A stretch of 64,000 nucleotides of DNA from Alteriqipengyuania sp. (GCA_964222325.1 CAXQBC010000013.1:59072-123071); one strand, 5' to 3'. Shown: positions 37,620 to 45,748, counted from the first letter of the stretch. The notes: generated by a model from the letters alone, not told the origin. A program made the numbers and translations.

Positions 37620-38291
37620 TCAAAGCCAGGAGATACCAAGATGATTGGCACCGTGCGCAAGCTCGCCGCCCAGAAATCCCTGCACCAGCACTAGAGCGGC
37701 CATGGCAAAGATTGCGGCGCGAAGCGCGGTCCGGCTCGCGGAAGCACGGCTCGCCAGATAGGCCATCGCCAGACCGAGGACCGCGATCAGCATCCCGTTC
37801 CATCGATGGACCTGCATGACGGCATCGCCGCCGAACCAAAGGCCGGTGTGGATCCATCCGAACAGGACTGCGACGACTGCGCCGATTGCTCCGCCGTGGA
37901 CGAGTACGCGCACCGCGCTCTCAAGCCCTGCATCTTTCCGGCGCATGACGAACAACTCGGTGGCAGCAGCCATGAGAAACAGGGCGATCGGGAAGTGGAT
38001 GGTCGCCGGATGCAGTTTTTTCAGGGCGGCGATGACGCCGGAATCGCCCTCATCAGCATGGCCACCAGCCTCGTCATGGCCTCCACTTGCTTCGTCGTGC
38101 GCGGCTGAGGGCTCGCCGACCGCTCCGCCGTCGCCCATCTGCGCCATGGCCGCCTGGTCATGCGCATCGCCATTCGCGGCGGCAGGCGCGGCGCTCGTCT
38201 CTTCGCCATGCTTTTCGTCGCCATGAGCCTGAACTGGTCCGACGAAGAGCAAGCTGGCAGCTACAATAGCCATGAATTGCATTCGTTTCAT
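37620..38291 (-). CDS. DUF2231-domain membrane protein with His/Asp/Glu-rich periplasmic N-terminus
   Basis: 223 aa. Signal peptide, then HGDEKHGEE...AHDEASGGHDEAGGHADEGD, then HPATIHFPIALFL (DUF2231). Confidence 0.75.
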   Translation of the reverse strand: MKRMQFMAIVAASLLFVGPVQAHGDEKHGEETSAAPAAANGDAHDQAAMAQMGDGGAVGEPSAAHDEASGGHDEAGGHADEGDSGVIAALKKLHPATIHFPIALFLMAAATELFVMRRKDAGLESAVRVLVHGGAIGAVVAVLFGWIHTGLWFGGDAVMQVHRWNGMLIAVLGLAMAYLASRASASRTALRAAIFAMAALVLVQGFLGGELAHGANHLGISWL

Positions 38292-38505
38292 TCTCTACGG
38301 GTTCCGGTCTTGGCGATGGTCGTGCGACCTATTGTGTCTGTAATGCTCTGCGAACCCTCATCTCTTGCCGTGATGGAGCGCGGTGATCCTCGGCGCGTGA
38401 GGGTCCAAATTTAACTCATGAGGGGGTTGGGTCTCTTGCCAATATCAGAGCCTTGTTAAGAGGGCGGCCAGCTTTAAGCACGAGCAAGAGCCCGGCTACC
38501 ATCTC

Positions 38506-38919
38506 CTAACCGTCTTGCGCCATGTTCTGGTGAGCCGCCATCTGCTTCATCATATCGTGCATCATCATCATGCGCTGGTGACAGGCCGCCATCATATCGG
38601 CGTTGTCCCCCTGCATCATGCCCGCCATGTGTTCCTGCATCGCTGTGCGGTGCTCGGCCATCAGCCTTTGGCGTTCGGCAGGATCGCTCGCCGCGTGGGC
38701 CTGCTGCATCAGCGCGCGCATTTCAGCCATCTTCTCGCGATGGGCAGCCATAGCGTCGGAATCCTGCATCGTGTGGCCAGCGTGATCCTGCTGCTGTGCC
38801 ACAGCCTGAGCTCCGTGCTCATGCTGTTCCTGGGCCGTCGCCGGAGTGGCTGTCAGGCCAGTGGCGAGAATGAGAGCTAGAGCTGTCCGTTTCACAATCG
38901 ATTTCCTTTCGTCGGTCAT
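38506..38919 (-). CDS. Met/His-rich periplasmic protein (probable Cu-binding)
   Basis: 137 aa. HEHG, DHAGHTMQDSDAMAAH, MQEHMAGMMQGDNADMMAACHQRMMMMHDMMKQM. An alternative GTG start at 38895 has a better SD. The 38976 start is rejected because it would include the promoter motif. Confidence 0.7.
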   Translation of the reverse strand: MTDERKSIVKRTALALILATGLTATPATAQEQHEHGAQAVAQQQDHAGHTMQDSDAMAAHREKMAEMRALMQQAHAASDPAERQRLMAEHRTAMQEHMAGMMQGDNADMMAACHQRMMMMHDMMKQMAAHQNMAQDG

Positions 38920-38947
38920 GCGATGGGTGCTGTGCGCATTCATTCTC

Positions 38948-38976
38948 TTTACGCAGCCAACATCTGTTCCCCTCAA
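38948..38976 (-). promoter_or_regulatory. ECF-type promoter motif TTGAGGG-N16-CGTAAA
   Basis: Minus strand reads TTGAGGG gaacagatgttggctg CGTAAA. The -10 element ends 28 nt before ATG 38919. Confidence 0.55.
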
Positions 38977-39073
38977 ACAATTTCCGCGCCCACCGGAGAC
39001 GGCTGAGCCGATGGCACAGCCGGTTGCAGGAATGGTGTTTTTCGGTCACCCTTTTTGACCGAAGCCGGTCGAG

Positions 39074-39409
39074 ATGAATGGGACAGATCATGGTGACAAC
39101 AGAGCCGTCGGAGAAGCAGTCGTGAGCACGGTCAATGAGGACGGCAGCTGGGACATTCCGGAGCCCGATCATGCCGAGCTGGTGCAAATGCGCATTCGCC
39201 TCATAACTCTCGAGAACATAGTTCTCGGCCTTTTGTCCGGGGCCAGCGATGAACAGATCGACCAGATCAGAAAGCGTGCGGACATGATCGAACCACGCCC
39301 CGAGGCGAGCCGGCATCCGCTTACCGAACTGGCAGCAGGTGACATGCGTAAGTTTCTCGAACGCGCTGCTCGCATGGCCGAGGCGGAGGGCCGCGAAAAC
39401 CATGACTGA
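39074..39409 (+). CDS. Hypothetical protein
   Basis: 111-aa ORF with no recognised family. Coding status is uncertain. Confidence 0.4.
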   Translation: MNGTDHGDNRAVGEAVVSTVNEDGSWDIPEPDHAELVQMRIRLITLENIVLGLLSGASDEQIDQIRKRADMIEPRPEASRHPLTELAAGDMRKFLERAARMAEAEGRENHD

Positions 39410-39502
39410 TCCAGGCTTTGGGGCAGCAAAGGCGCTATGCAGGACGTGGAAATCCGGCCCGCCGCTATTTCCTTGCGCACATCATTCCGGCGTATCCGCA
39501 GC

Positions 39503-39943
39503 ATGACTAGAACTCATTGGCTCATCTTTGTTTGCGGGAGCCTGATCGCGTTCGTCTGGGAGATTTTCCAGATGCCGTTTTTCAAGCCGGGAAATCTCGA
39601 GCCTTATGAGCAGACCATTCGCTGCGGCATTGCAAGCCTAGGCGATGGCGTGATCCTGCTAACAGCTTATAGCCTTGCTGCATTGCGCGGCGGGCGCGCG
39701 TGGCTCTGGCAAGCCGCCAAAATGCCCTATGCGATCTATTTCGGCTTCGGGCTTGTCGTCGCCATCGCCGTCGAAATGATCGCCACATCGCTTCCGGCAG
39801 AAAGCTTCGTGAGCTGGCGCTACAGCGAGTTGATGCCGCACGAGCCAGTGACGGGGTTGGCGCTGATCCCGATCGCGATGTGGACGATCGTGCCTGCGCT
39901 CACGATCCTTCTGGTCCGCTTTGCCCGAGCCGAACCTGATTAA
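39503..39943 (+). CDS. Hypothetical 4-TM membrane protein
   Basis: 146 aa from MTRTHWLIFVCGSLIAF. The ORF is open from 39437. Confidence 0.5.
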   Translation: MTRTHWLIFVCGSLIAFVWEIFQMPFFKPGNLEPYEQTIRCGIASLGDGVILLTAYSLAALRGGRAWLWQAAKMPYAIYFGFGLVVAIAVEMIATSLPAESFVSWRYSELMPHEPVTGLALIPIAMWTIVPALTILLVRFARAEPD

Positions 39944-39956
39944 ACTGGGAGCGGCT

Positions 39957-40691
39957 TCAGGGTGCGTTCGGCACATGTTTCGCCCGCCGCCTGATTCTGG
40001 GAAACCGGTTCGCAAGCAGGACAAAGCCCGAAACCGCGATAATCGTCCCGCCGATCCCGAACAATAGCAGCCACCAGCTGTTGATGCGGTCGCGCTGCGT
40101 CCAGTCCATGATATGCAGCCCCCAGACAAAATCGAACAGGCGCCAGGTGTCGCTGCGGGCAGCGAGCACCGAGCCACTCGATGCATCGATGTAGACGCGG
40201 GTATTGTCCTCATCGCCGTAGGTGATCTGCCACGCCGGAAACGGACCCCGGAATTCGGTCCCGACAGCATCTTCGATGAGGCGCGTGGTCGCTATGGTGG
40301 TTGGTGGCCCGGTCCAGGCATAGCGAGCGATGGCCTGTGCGCTTGCAGCGGGAAGAGGCGAAAGGAGAATGCCGCTGTCCGGGTCGCGGAGCGTGACGCT
40401 TCCATCGTCCCGGCGGACCTCGGTTACGGCCCTGCCGCCGACCGCGCGCGTCGCAAGGGAAACCACCCCCTCGCTGCTATCGAGCCAATGGGGCATGACA
40501 GCATCAGCGGGCAGGACCTCCGGCGCGCGCGAAACGACATGTTCGGACCGAACCTCTTCGATGTCGAGAAACGACATCAGCGCCCCGGTGATCATCCACA
40601 GGAGCACTTGGACGCCGACAAAGATCGCCAGCCATTTGTGAAGCTTGCTGCCCAGCACATGAAGACGCAGCTTGAAAGAGCGTGTCGCCAA
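39957..40691 (-). CDS. PepSY-domain membrane protein
   Basis: 244 aa. KLHKWLAIFVGVQVLLWMITGALMSF is the PepSY-associated TM pattern, with a second TM at the C-terminus. Confidence 0.7.
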   Translation of the reverse strand: MATRSFKLRLHVLGSKLHKWLAIFVGVQVLLWMITGALMSFLDIEEVRSEHVVSRAPEVLPADAVMPHWLDSSEGVVSLATRAVGGRAVTEVRRDDGSVTLRDPDSGILLSPLPAASAQAIARYAWTGPPTTIATTRLIEDAVGTEFRGPFPAWQITYGDEDNTRVYIDASSGSVLAARSDTWRLFDFVWGLHIMDWTQRDRINSWWLLLFGIGGTIIAVSGFVLLANRFPRIRRRAKHVPNAP

Positions 40692-40711
40692 TCGGTGTTC
40701 CCCCGATCAGA

Positions 40712-41272
40712 TCAGTTGTTACGCGGTGCGCGTGACGATGAATGGTACTGAACGATCTTCCAGCCATCTGCATCATGGGCGAGGACCGAGGTCGCAACCC
40801 CTTCGCGGTCGATTACGCGACCGTCGGCCAGTTCGATCCGATAGGTGTACGTTTCGCGGCCATACGCCATATGTCCCATCCGGGTGACTGCGAGCGTCGG
40901 TTCGCCGAAGGTGAAGCTGGTTATTGCATCGAGTTCCGGTCCCAGGTGATGCTCCATGTAATGCGTGAAGCTGCCTTCCGCCTTGCCGTTTTCGTAAATG
41001 AAGGATTCCTGGGCAAACAGCGCAGCCATGGCCTCTGCATCGCGCGACGTCAGGGCATCGCGATATGATGTCAGAATTGCTTCTGCCCCAGCAACGTCAT
41101 CGTTCATCGCAGCCATATGCTCGGCATGGTTCATGCCCTGCTCCGTATGATCCATCGGCGTTGATACCGAATGTTCCGAATGCGCCGAATGGTCCATGGA
41201 TTGTGCCAGGGCGGGAGTGCCCCCTGCAGCCAAGGCCAGGGCGACCGCGCTTAGAGATAGTCTCGTTCTCAT
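40712..41272 (-). CDS. NTF2-like (DUF4440/SnoaL-like) periplasmic protein with His/Met-rich N-terminal extension
   Basis: 186 aa. Signal peptide, then MDHSAHSEHSVSTPMDHTEQGMNHAEHMAAM, then an NTF2-like core (ILTSYRDALTSRDAEAMAALF...GWKIVQYH). Confidence 0.7.
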   Translation of the reverse strand: MRTRLSLSAVALALAAGGTPALAQSMDHSAHSEHSVSTPMDHTEQGMNHAEHMAAMNDDVAGAEAILTSYRDALTSRDAEAMAALFAQESFIYENGKAEGSFTHYMEHHLGPELDAITSFTFGEPTLAVTRMGHMAYGRETYTYRIELADGRVIDREGVATSVLAHDADGWKIVQYHSSSRAPRNN

Positions 41273-41288
41273 TGTATATTTCCTTCAC

Positions 41289-42491
41289 TTAAAACCAGAA
41301 TCGCAAGCCCACGACGTAATTCATCACGCTGGGGTCTTCCCCTGCGGCGCGGGCAAAATCGGCGCCCTCACCGATCCGCCACTCCTGGGAGACGCCGACA
41401 TAGGGCGCGAATTCGCGTGCGAACTCGTAGCGAAGACGCAGACCTGCCTCGATCCGGTCGAGGCCAGCGCCAATGCCGAGTTCGGGAATATCCTGAGCCG
41501 AAAGAGCGATTTCGGCTCGCGGCTGGAGGATCAGCCGCTGCGTGATGCGCTGATCAAGCTCGCCCTCAAAGCGCGCCGTTACATCGCCCTTGCTCGATAC
41601 GAACGCCGCGACGTCGATCTCGAACTGGTAAGGGGCAATGCCCTGGACACCGATGACCGCATGGGTGCGCTCGGGCCCCGTCAGATCCTGACGGACACCG
41701 GCTTGGAAATCGAAGAAGGGTGCGATGGCGCGGCTCCAGAGCGCCTGGACCTCGGCGCCCTCGACGGGCTCACCGAAGCTGCCTTCACCCTCGGATTTGA
41801 ACCAGAACTTGTCGATATCACCGCCATAATATCCCTGGATATCCCAAAGATATCCATCAGCTCCTTCGCGTGCGCGATACTCAAGGCGGTCGCCCTGAAA
41901 CCAGAAGCGCATCCCGCCGTCGGTCTCACGGACAAGTTCGCGCCGCGCTTCGTTCATGGCTTCCTCGCCCCAGATCGCAACCGCCGCGCGCGCGGGACCG
42001 CTCCCAGCTTCGGGAGGAGGCGGCAGCAGCGGGATATCGTCGTTCGAGCCCATCTGCATCGCCGAATGGTCCATGCCCTGCATGTCCTGCGATCCCATCT
42101 GCCCATGGTTCATCTGGCTGTGATCCATCTGCCCATGGTCCATCGACGAGCTGCTGGCTTCCGCCTGCCCCATGTCGCCGCGGTTCATTTGCGAATGATC
42201 CATCGCGCCTTCGTCAGGCCTGCCCTGCGGCATCGAACCATGATCCATCGTCGAATGGTCCATCGCAACTTCAGGCTGGGCAGCGGGGCCGCAAGCCCCC
42301 TCTGCTACCGGATGCCCCATCGCGCGATGGCGCTCGGCTGCCGCCTCGCACTTTGTTTTGGCGTCAGCCTGCGCCTCGGCGCTCTGCTGCGGTTCCACTG
42401 GCGAGTGACCCGCATGCTGCGCCGCGGCGGGGGAGGCGAGAACCGAACCCGCGGCGGCCGAGGCAAGCAGGCTGATGATAGATATCTTCAT
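41289..42491 (-). CDS. copB: Copper resistance protein B (outer membrane)
   Basis: 400 aa. Met/His repeats (MDHSTMDHGSM, MDHSQMNRGDMG, MDHGQMDHSQMNHGQMG). The beta-barrel ends in VVGLRFWF. ATGA overlap with the copA stop. Confidence 0.9.
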   Translation of the reverse strand: MKISIISLLASAAAGSVLASPAAAQHAGHSPVEPQQSAEAQADAKTKCEAAAERHRAMGHPVAEGACGPAAQPEVAMDHSTMDHGSMPQGRPDEGAMDHSQMNRGDMGQAEASSSSMDHGQMDHSQMNHGQMGSQDMQGMDHSAMQMGSNDDIPLLPPPPEAGSGPARAAVAIWGEEAMNEARRELVRETDGGMRFWFQGDRLEYRAREGADGYLWDIQGYYGGDIDKFWFKSEGEGSFGEPVEGAEVQALWSRAIAPFFDFQAGVRQDLTGPERTHAVIGVQGIAPYQFEIDVAAFVSSKGDVTARFEGELDQRITQRLILQPRAEIALSAQDIPELGIGAGLDRIEAGLRLRYEFAREFAPYVGVSQEWRIGEGADFARAAGEDPSVMNYVVGLRFWF

Positions 42492-44335
42492 GCGCCCTCT
42501 CCGGCAGGATTGGCAACCGTGACGATCTGAAACATCCCGGCATGCATGTGATAGAGAAGGTGGCAGTGGAAGGCCCAGTCGCCCGGCTCGTCCGCCGTCA
42601 GGTCGAACTGCGCGCTGCCACCCGGTTGCAGGATAACCGTGTGCTTCAGTGGTTGACGGTTTGGAGGTGCACCGTTGACCAGCTCGAAGAAGTGTCCGTG
42701 CAGATGGATCGGGTGTGCCATCATCGTGTCATTGATCAGCTTTACCCGCACGCGTTCATTATAGGCAAAGCGGATCGGCTCCTCGGAGACGGCGGAGAAT
42801 TTCTTGCCGTCGAACGACCACATGTAGCGTTCCATGTTCCCGGTAAGATGGATTTCCATCCGGCGCGAAGGGCTTCGCGAGTCCTTGTTTGGTGTCAGCG
42901 CGCGCAGCTTGCGATAGTCGAGGGTACGGTGCGGGACATCGGCAAGGCCAATCCCGGGATCGCCCATCCGGTCGACCGGGTTCATCGACACCATGTCGAT
43001 GCCCGGTCCGACCTTCACATCGGGAGGCAATAGCGAGGTATCGCGCATCTGCATGCCTCCCGCCATGCCAGCCATTCCGGTCATCTCCGCCGAACCGCCA
43101 TCCATACCGGACATCCCGTCCGCGCCAGCCGCTCCGCTCGATCCGTGATCCATTCCGGCCATCCCGCCAGCGCCATGGTCCATGCCGGCCATACCAGCAT
43201 CGCCGCCGGAGCCATGGTCCATACCGCTCATGCCCATATCGGCCATAGTGAGCAGCGGGGGATCGCGCAGCGGCGGGATGGCCGCACGCGCGCCGGGCGT
43301 GCTCGCCAGCGTTGCGATGCCCATACCTGACCGATCCATCGACTCCGCCATCAGCGTGTAAGCCTGCTGCTCACCCGGCGTCACCACGACGTCGTAGGTT
43401 TCCGCGACGCCGATCTGGAACTCGTCCACTTCGACCGGCTCGACGTTCTGCCCGTCGGCTTGAACCACGGTCATCGGCAGGCCGGGAATGCGAATATTGA
43501 AAAATGTCATGGCGCCGGCATTGATGAACCGAAGCCGCACACGCTCGCCCGGACGGAAAAGATATTCCAGATTGTCGAGCGGTCCATGACCGTTCAGCAG
43601 ATATGTATAAGTTGCGCTCGACACATCGAGGATGTCGGTTGGCATCATGCGCATTCTGGCCCACATCCGGCGATCCTCGCCCGAGAGCGGATAGTCGTCG
43701 GTCCAGGTATTCTGGTTGTAGTTGAAGTAGCCTTCGCCCTTCTTGAGCTTGTCGAATATCGTGTGGGGCGACATTTCGCTGAACTCGCTCAGCACCACGA
43801 TATATTCGCGGTCGGCCTGCACCGGATCGGGACCTGCGGGATCGACCACGATCGGACCATAATGACCGGCCTGTTCCTGCAGCCCGCTATGCGAATGCCA
43901 CCAATAGGTGCCTGCCTGCCGCACGGGAAATTCCGCTGTGAAGGTCTCGCCCGGCTTCACGCCGGGAAAACTTACGCCCGGCACGCCATCGAGCTGGAAC
44001 GGCACGAGCAGGCCATGCCAGTGGATCGAGGTGTCTTCCTCAAGCTGGTTATGGACGTTGAGGCGGACGGTGGTCCCTTCGCGCAGGCGAAGGAGTGGCC
44101 CAGGGATGCTGCCATTGACGGCAATCGCGCCGCCACGCCTGTTGCCGGTGGAGAAAGCCGAGCGCGCAACCGTCAGATCGATATTCGGTCCGGTCGCCTC
44201 ATCGATACCTCGCCGGGCGGCCCCGGAGAGCAGATCTCCGCCTCGCGCCCAAGCGGGAACGGCACCGCCCAGGCCAAGCAGGCCCAGCCCGCTGGCACTT
44301 GTTCCAAGAAATTTTCGGCGATTGACGGCAGGCAT
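42488..44335 (-). CDS. copA: Copper resistance multicopper oxidase CopA/PcoA (Tat-secreted)
   Basis: 615 aa from MPAVNRRKFLGTS (twin-arginine), with AGGAG 8 nt upstream. HWHG, WWHSH and HCHLLYHMHAGM copper sites plus a Met-rich insert. The ORF is open to 44356, but that start leaves no leader after the promoter motif. Confidence 0.9.
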   Translation of the reverse strand: MPAVNRRKFLGTSASGLGLLGLGGAVPAWARGGDLLSGAARRGIDEATGPNIDLTVARSAFSTGNRRGGAIAVNGSIPGPLLRLREGTTVRLNVHNQLEEDTSIHWHGLLVPFQLDGVPGVSFPGVKPGETFTAEFPVRQAGTYWWHSHSGLQEQAGHYGPIVVDPAGPDPVQADREYIVVLSEFSEMSPHTIFDKLKKGEGYFNYNQNTWTDDYPLSGEDRRMWARMRMMPTDILDVSSATYTYLLNGHGPLDNLEYLFRPGERVRLRFINAGAMTFFNIRIPGLPMTVVQADGQNVEPVEVDEFQIGVAETYDVVVTPGEQQAYTLMAESMDRSGMGIATLASTPGARAAIPPLRDPPLLTMADMGMSGMDHGSGGDAGMAGMDHGAGGMAGMDHGSSGAAGADGMSGMDGGSAEMTGMAGMAGGMQMRDTSLLPPDVKVGPGIDMVSMNPVDRMGDPGIGLADVPHRTLDYRKLRALTPNKDSRSPSRRMEIHLTGNMERYMWSFDGKKFSAVSEEPIRFAYNERVRVKLINDTMMAHPIHLHGHFFELVNGAPPNRQPLKHTVILQPGGSAQFDLTADEPGDWAFHCHLLYHMHAGMFQIVTVANPAGEGA

Positions 44336-44365
44336 AGGGGGCTCCTGAGAAGGCATATACCGTCA

Positions 44366-44394
44366 CTTACGCGGCCACCTGCGCTACCCCTCAA
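44366..44394 (-). promoter_or_regulatory. ECF-type promoter motif TTGAGGG-N16-CGTAAG in front of copA
   Basis: Minus strand reads TTGAGGG gtagcgcaggtggccg CGTAAG. The -35 box is formed by the last codons (ttT GAG GGg tag) of the sigma gene. Confidence 0.55.
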
Positions 44395-44950
44395 AGTTTT
44401 CGAACCGCTCCTTCAGCCGGTTGCGCGCACGATAGATGCGCGTCTCGACAGCTTTCTCCGTGGTGCCGAGCAGCTCGGCAGCCTCGGCCTGGCTGTATCC
44501 CTCGACAGTGACCAGCACGAGCGCCTCTTGCAGCCGCACCGGCAAGCGCCCGATTTCGGCCTGGACCAGCCGCAGCTGTTCGCGGGCTCCGGCAACATTT
44601 TCGGGATTGGGGGCATCGTCGGCAACGGCGTCGGCTTCCCGCCCGTCCGGCAAACTAAGGAAGCCCGCAACTTTCCTCCGGCGGAGCCTGTCGCGGCACC
44701 GGTTGAGAACGATTGTCGTCAAATAAGGACCGATGGGCTTGCTCGGATCGAGGCGATGCCGTGTCAGCCAGACCGAAGCGAGACTGTCCTGGACGACATC
44801 TTGGGCCCGCGAGGGTGAACCCAGCATACGCGTGGCGAGCGCAATCAACCTAGCGATCTCATGCTCGACCAGAGCTGTGAACGCCCGCTTGTCACCGGCT
44901 ATCGCCCGCCCGATCAGAGCTTCGTTCGAAGTGTCATCCACCACTGCCAA
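44384..44950 (-). CDS. ECF (group IV) RNA polymerase sigma factor, CnrH-like position
   Basis: 188 aa. Region 2 is DVVQDSLASVWL. Region 4 is LPVRLQEALVLVTVEGYSQAEAAELLGTTEKAVETRIYRARNRL. Confidence 0.9.
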   Translation of the reverse strand: MAVVDDTSNEALIGRAIAGDKRAFTALVEHEIARLIALATRMLGSPSRAQDVVQDSLASVWLTRHRLDPSKPIGPYLTTIVLNRCRDRLRRRKVAGFLSLPDGREADAVADDAPNPENVAGAREQLRLVQAEIGRLPVRLQEALVLVTVEGYSQAEAAELLGTTEKAVETRIYRARNRLKERFENFEG

Positions 44951-44956
44951 GGCTGA

Positions 44957-45391
44957 TCAGTCACGCGGATCGCGCGTGAGGGCCGCGGACACTTTCCGGT
45001 CGAACTGAAGCTGCTGATCGGGATCGAGAATTTCCCGCATGTCGAAGACGTGGCGCACGGTCGCTTTTTGCAAATCGCCCATGCGCGCATGCACCTCGTC
45101 GATCGCGGCACTGACTTCGGGCCCGTATTCGTGCTCGGTTTCCATTGCCTGGGCGAGCTGGGCGTTGGCTGCGCGCGCAGAGGCTTCGAGCCTTGCCTGT
45201 TCTACCGCGAAACGCGCTTCGAGCGCGTCGAGCCGCTGCTCCTGATCAGCCGTGAGCGAGAGTTCATCGTGCACGAACTGGTGCAGGCTACCCTCGGCAT
45301 CGTTGTTGGACCAGCGATCGGCGGCAAGCGCTCCGAGGCATCCGGCGAGCGCCGCCAGCAGGACCGCGAGGACAAGGTGAAACTTCTTCAA
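44957..45391 (-). CDS. Periplasmic heavy-metal sensor, CnrX-like (Metal_resist family)
   Basis: 144 aa with an N-terminal anchor. Has H37-x3-H41, E58 and H114-x3-M118 in LHQFVHDE ... LEARF ... RHVFDMR. Confidence 0.8.
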   Translation of the reverse strand: MKKFHLVLAVLLAALAGCLGALAADRWSNNDAEGSLHQFVHDELSLTADQEQRLDALEARFAVEQARLEASARAANAQLAQAMETEHEYGPEVSAAIDEVHARMGDLQKATVRHVFDMREILDPDQQLQFDRKVSAALTRDPRD

Positions 45392-45394
45392 CGC

Positions 45395-45685
45395 CTATGA
45401 CCCCACATGAAGCAAAGCAGCGGGCGACAGGGATTCTCCGCCAACGAGGCTCTCGCCAACAATTTCTGTAGGAGCGCCATATTCGGACGGCCATCCGCTG
45501 GTCCCTGCGCCTGCCGCCAGGCCGACGACAAACAGACCGGCGAACAAGGCCATTCTGCGTCGCTGATCGGCAATTTCGCCAAGCTGTCCTGCGCGCTGCC
45601 AGACGCCGTTCATGAAGTCGGGCGGCACGTCGCCAGCCTCCTGCGACGCGCCGAGCATCGCATCGAGTGTCTGATTATCACGCAT
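45395..45685 (-). CDS. Small single-pass anti-sigma factor, CnrY-like position
   Basis: 96 aa. Cytoplasmic N-terminus, one TM (MALFAGLFVVGLAAGAG), short periplasmic tail. AGGAG SD. First gene of the operon. Confidence 0.6.
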   Translation of the reverse strand: MRDNQTLDAMLGASQEAGDVPPDFMNGVWQRAGQLGEIADQRRRMALFAGLFVVGLAAGAGTSGWPSEYGAPTEIVGESLVGGESLSPAALLHVGS

Positions 45686-45713
45686 CCCTTGCTCCTGTCG
45701 GTTGCACGGTTCC

Positions 45714-45742
45714 TATACGCGACACTTCGCGCAAACCCTCAA
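45714..45742 (-). promoter_or_regulatory. ECF-type promoter motif TTGAGGG-N16-CGTATA (autoregulatory position)
   Basis: Minus strand reads TTGAGGG tttgcgcgaagtgtcg CGTATA. The -10 element ends 28 nt before the anti-sigma ATG. Confidence 0.6.
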
Positions 45743-45748
45743 GATAAT

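Noticed and set aside
38105-38132. Partial motif hit CTGAGGG-N17-CGTCGC (and CCCTCAA at 41563-41569 without a CGTA partner)
   Set aside because: Both lie inside coding regions. They have the wrong first base or spacing, or no -10 element, and no gene start lies downstream. They are not counted among the five promoter motifs.
42040-42300. Periodic short direct repeats (catctgcccatggtYcat and similar) that look like a tandem-repeat or spacer array
   Set aside because: They lie in frame inside copB and encode the MDHxxM copper-binding repeats. This is not a CRISPR or VNTR locus.
44336-44356. Longer copA start (MPSQEPPMPAV...)
   Set aside because: It would leave three nt or fewer of leader after the predicted -10 element and has no SD. 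ATG 44335 has AGGAG and starts the Tat signal. This needs experimental confirmation.
41196-44818. Two long plus-strand ORFs (444 aa and 452 aa) over copB/copA/sigma
   Set aside because: They are antisense to genes with copper-site motifs and so are shadow ORFs. The same reasoning applies to 57264..58382 (ATPase), 5689..6639 (decarboxylase) and 11055..12257 (dehydrogenase).
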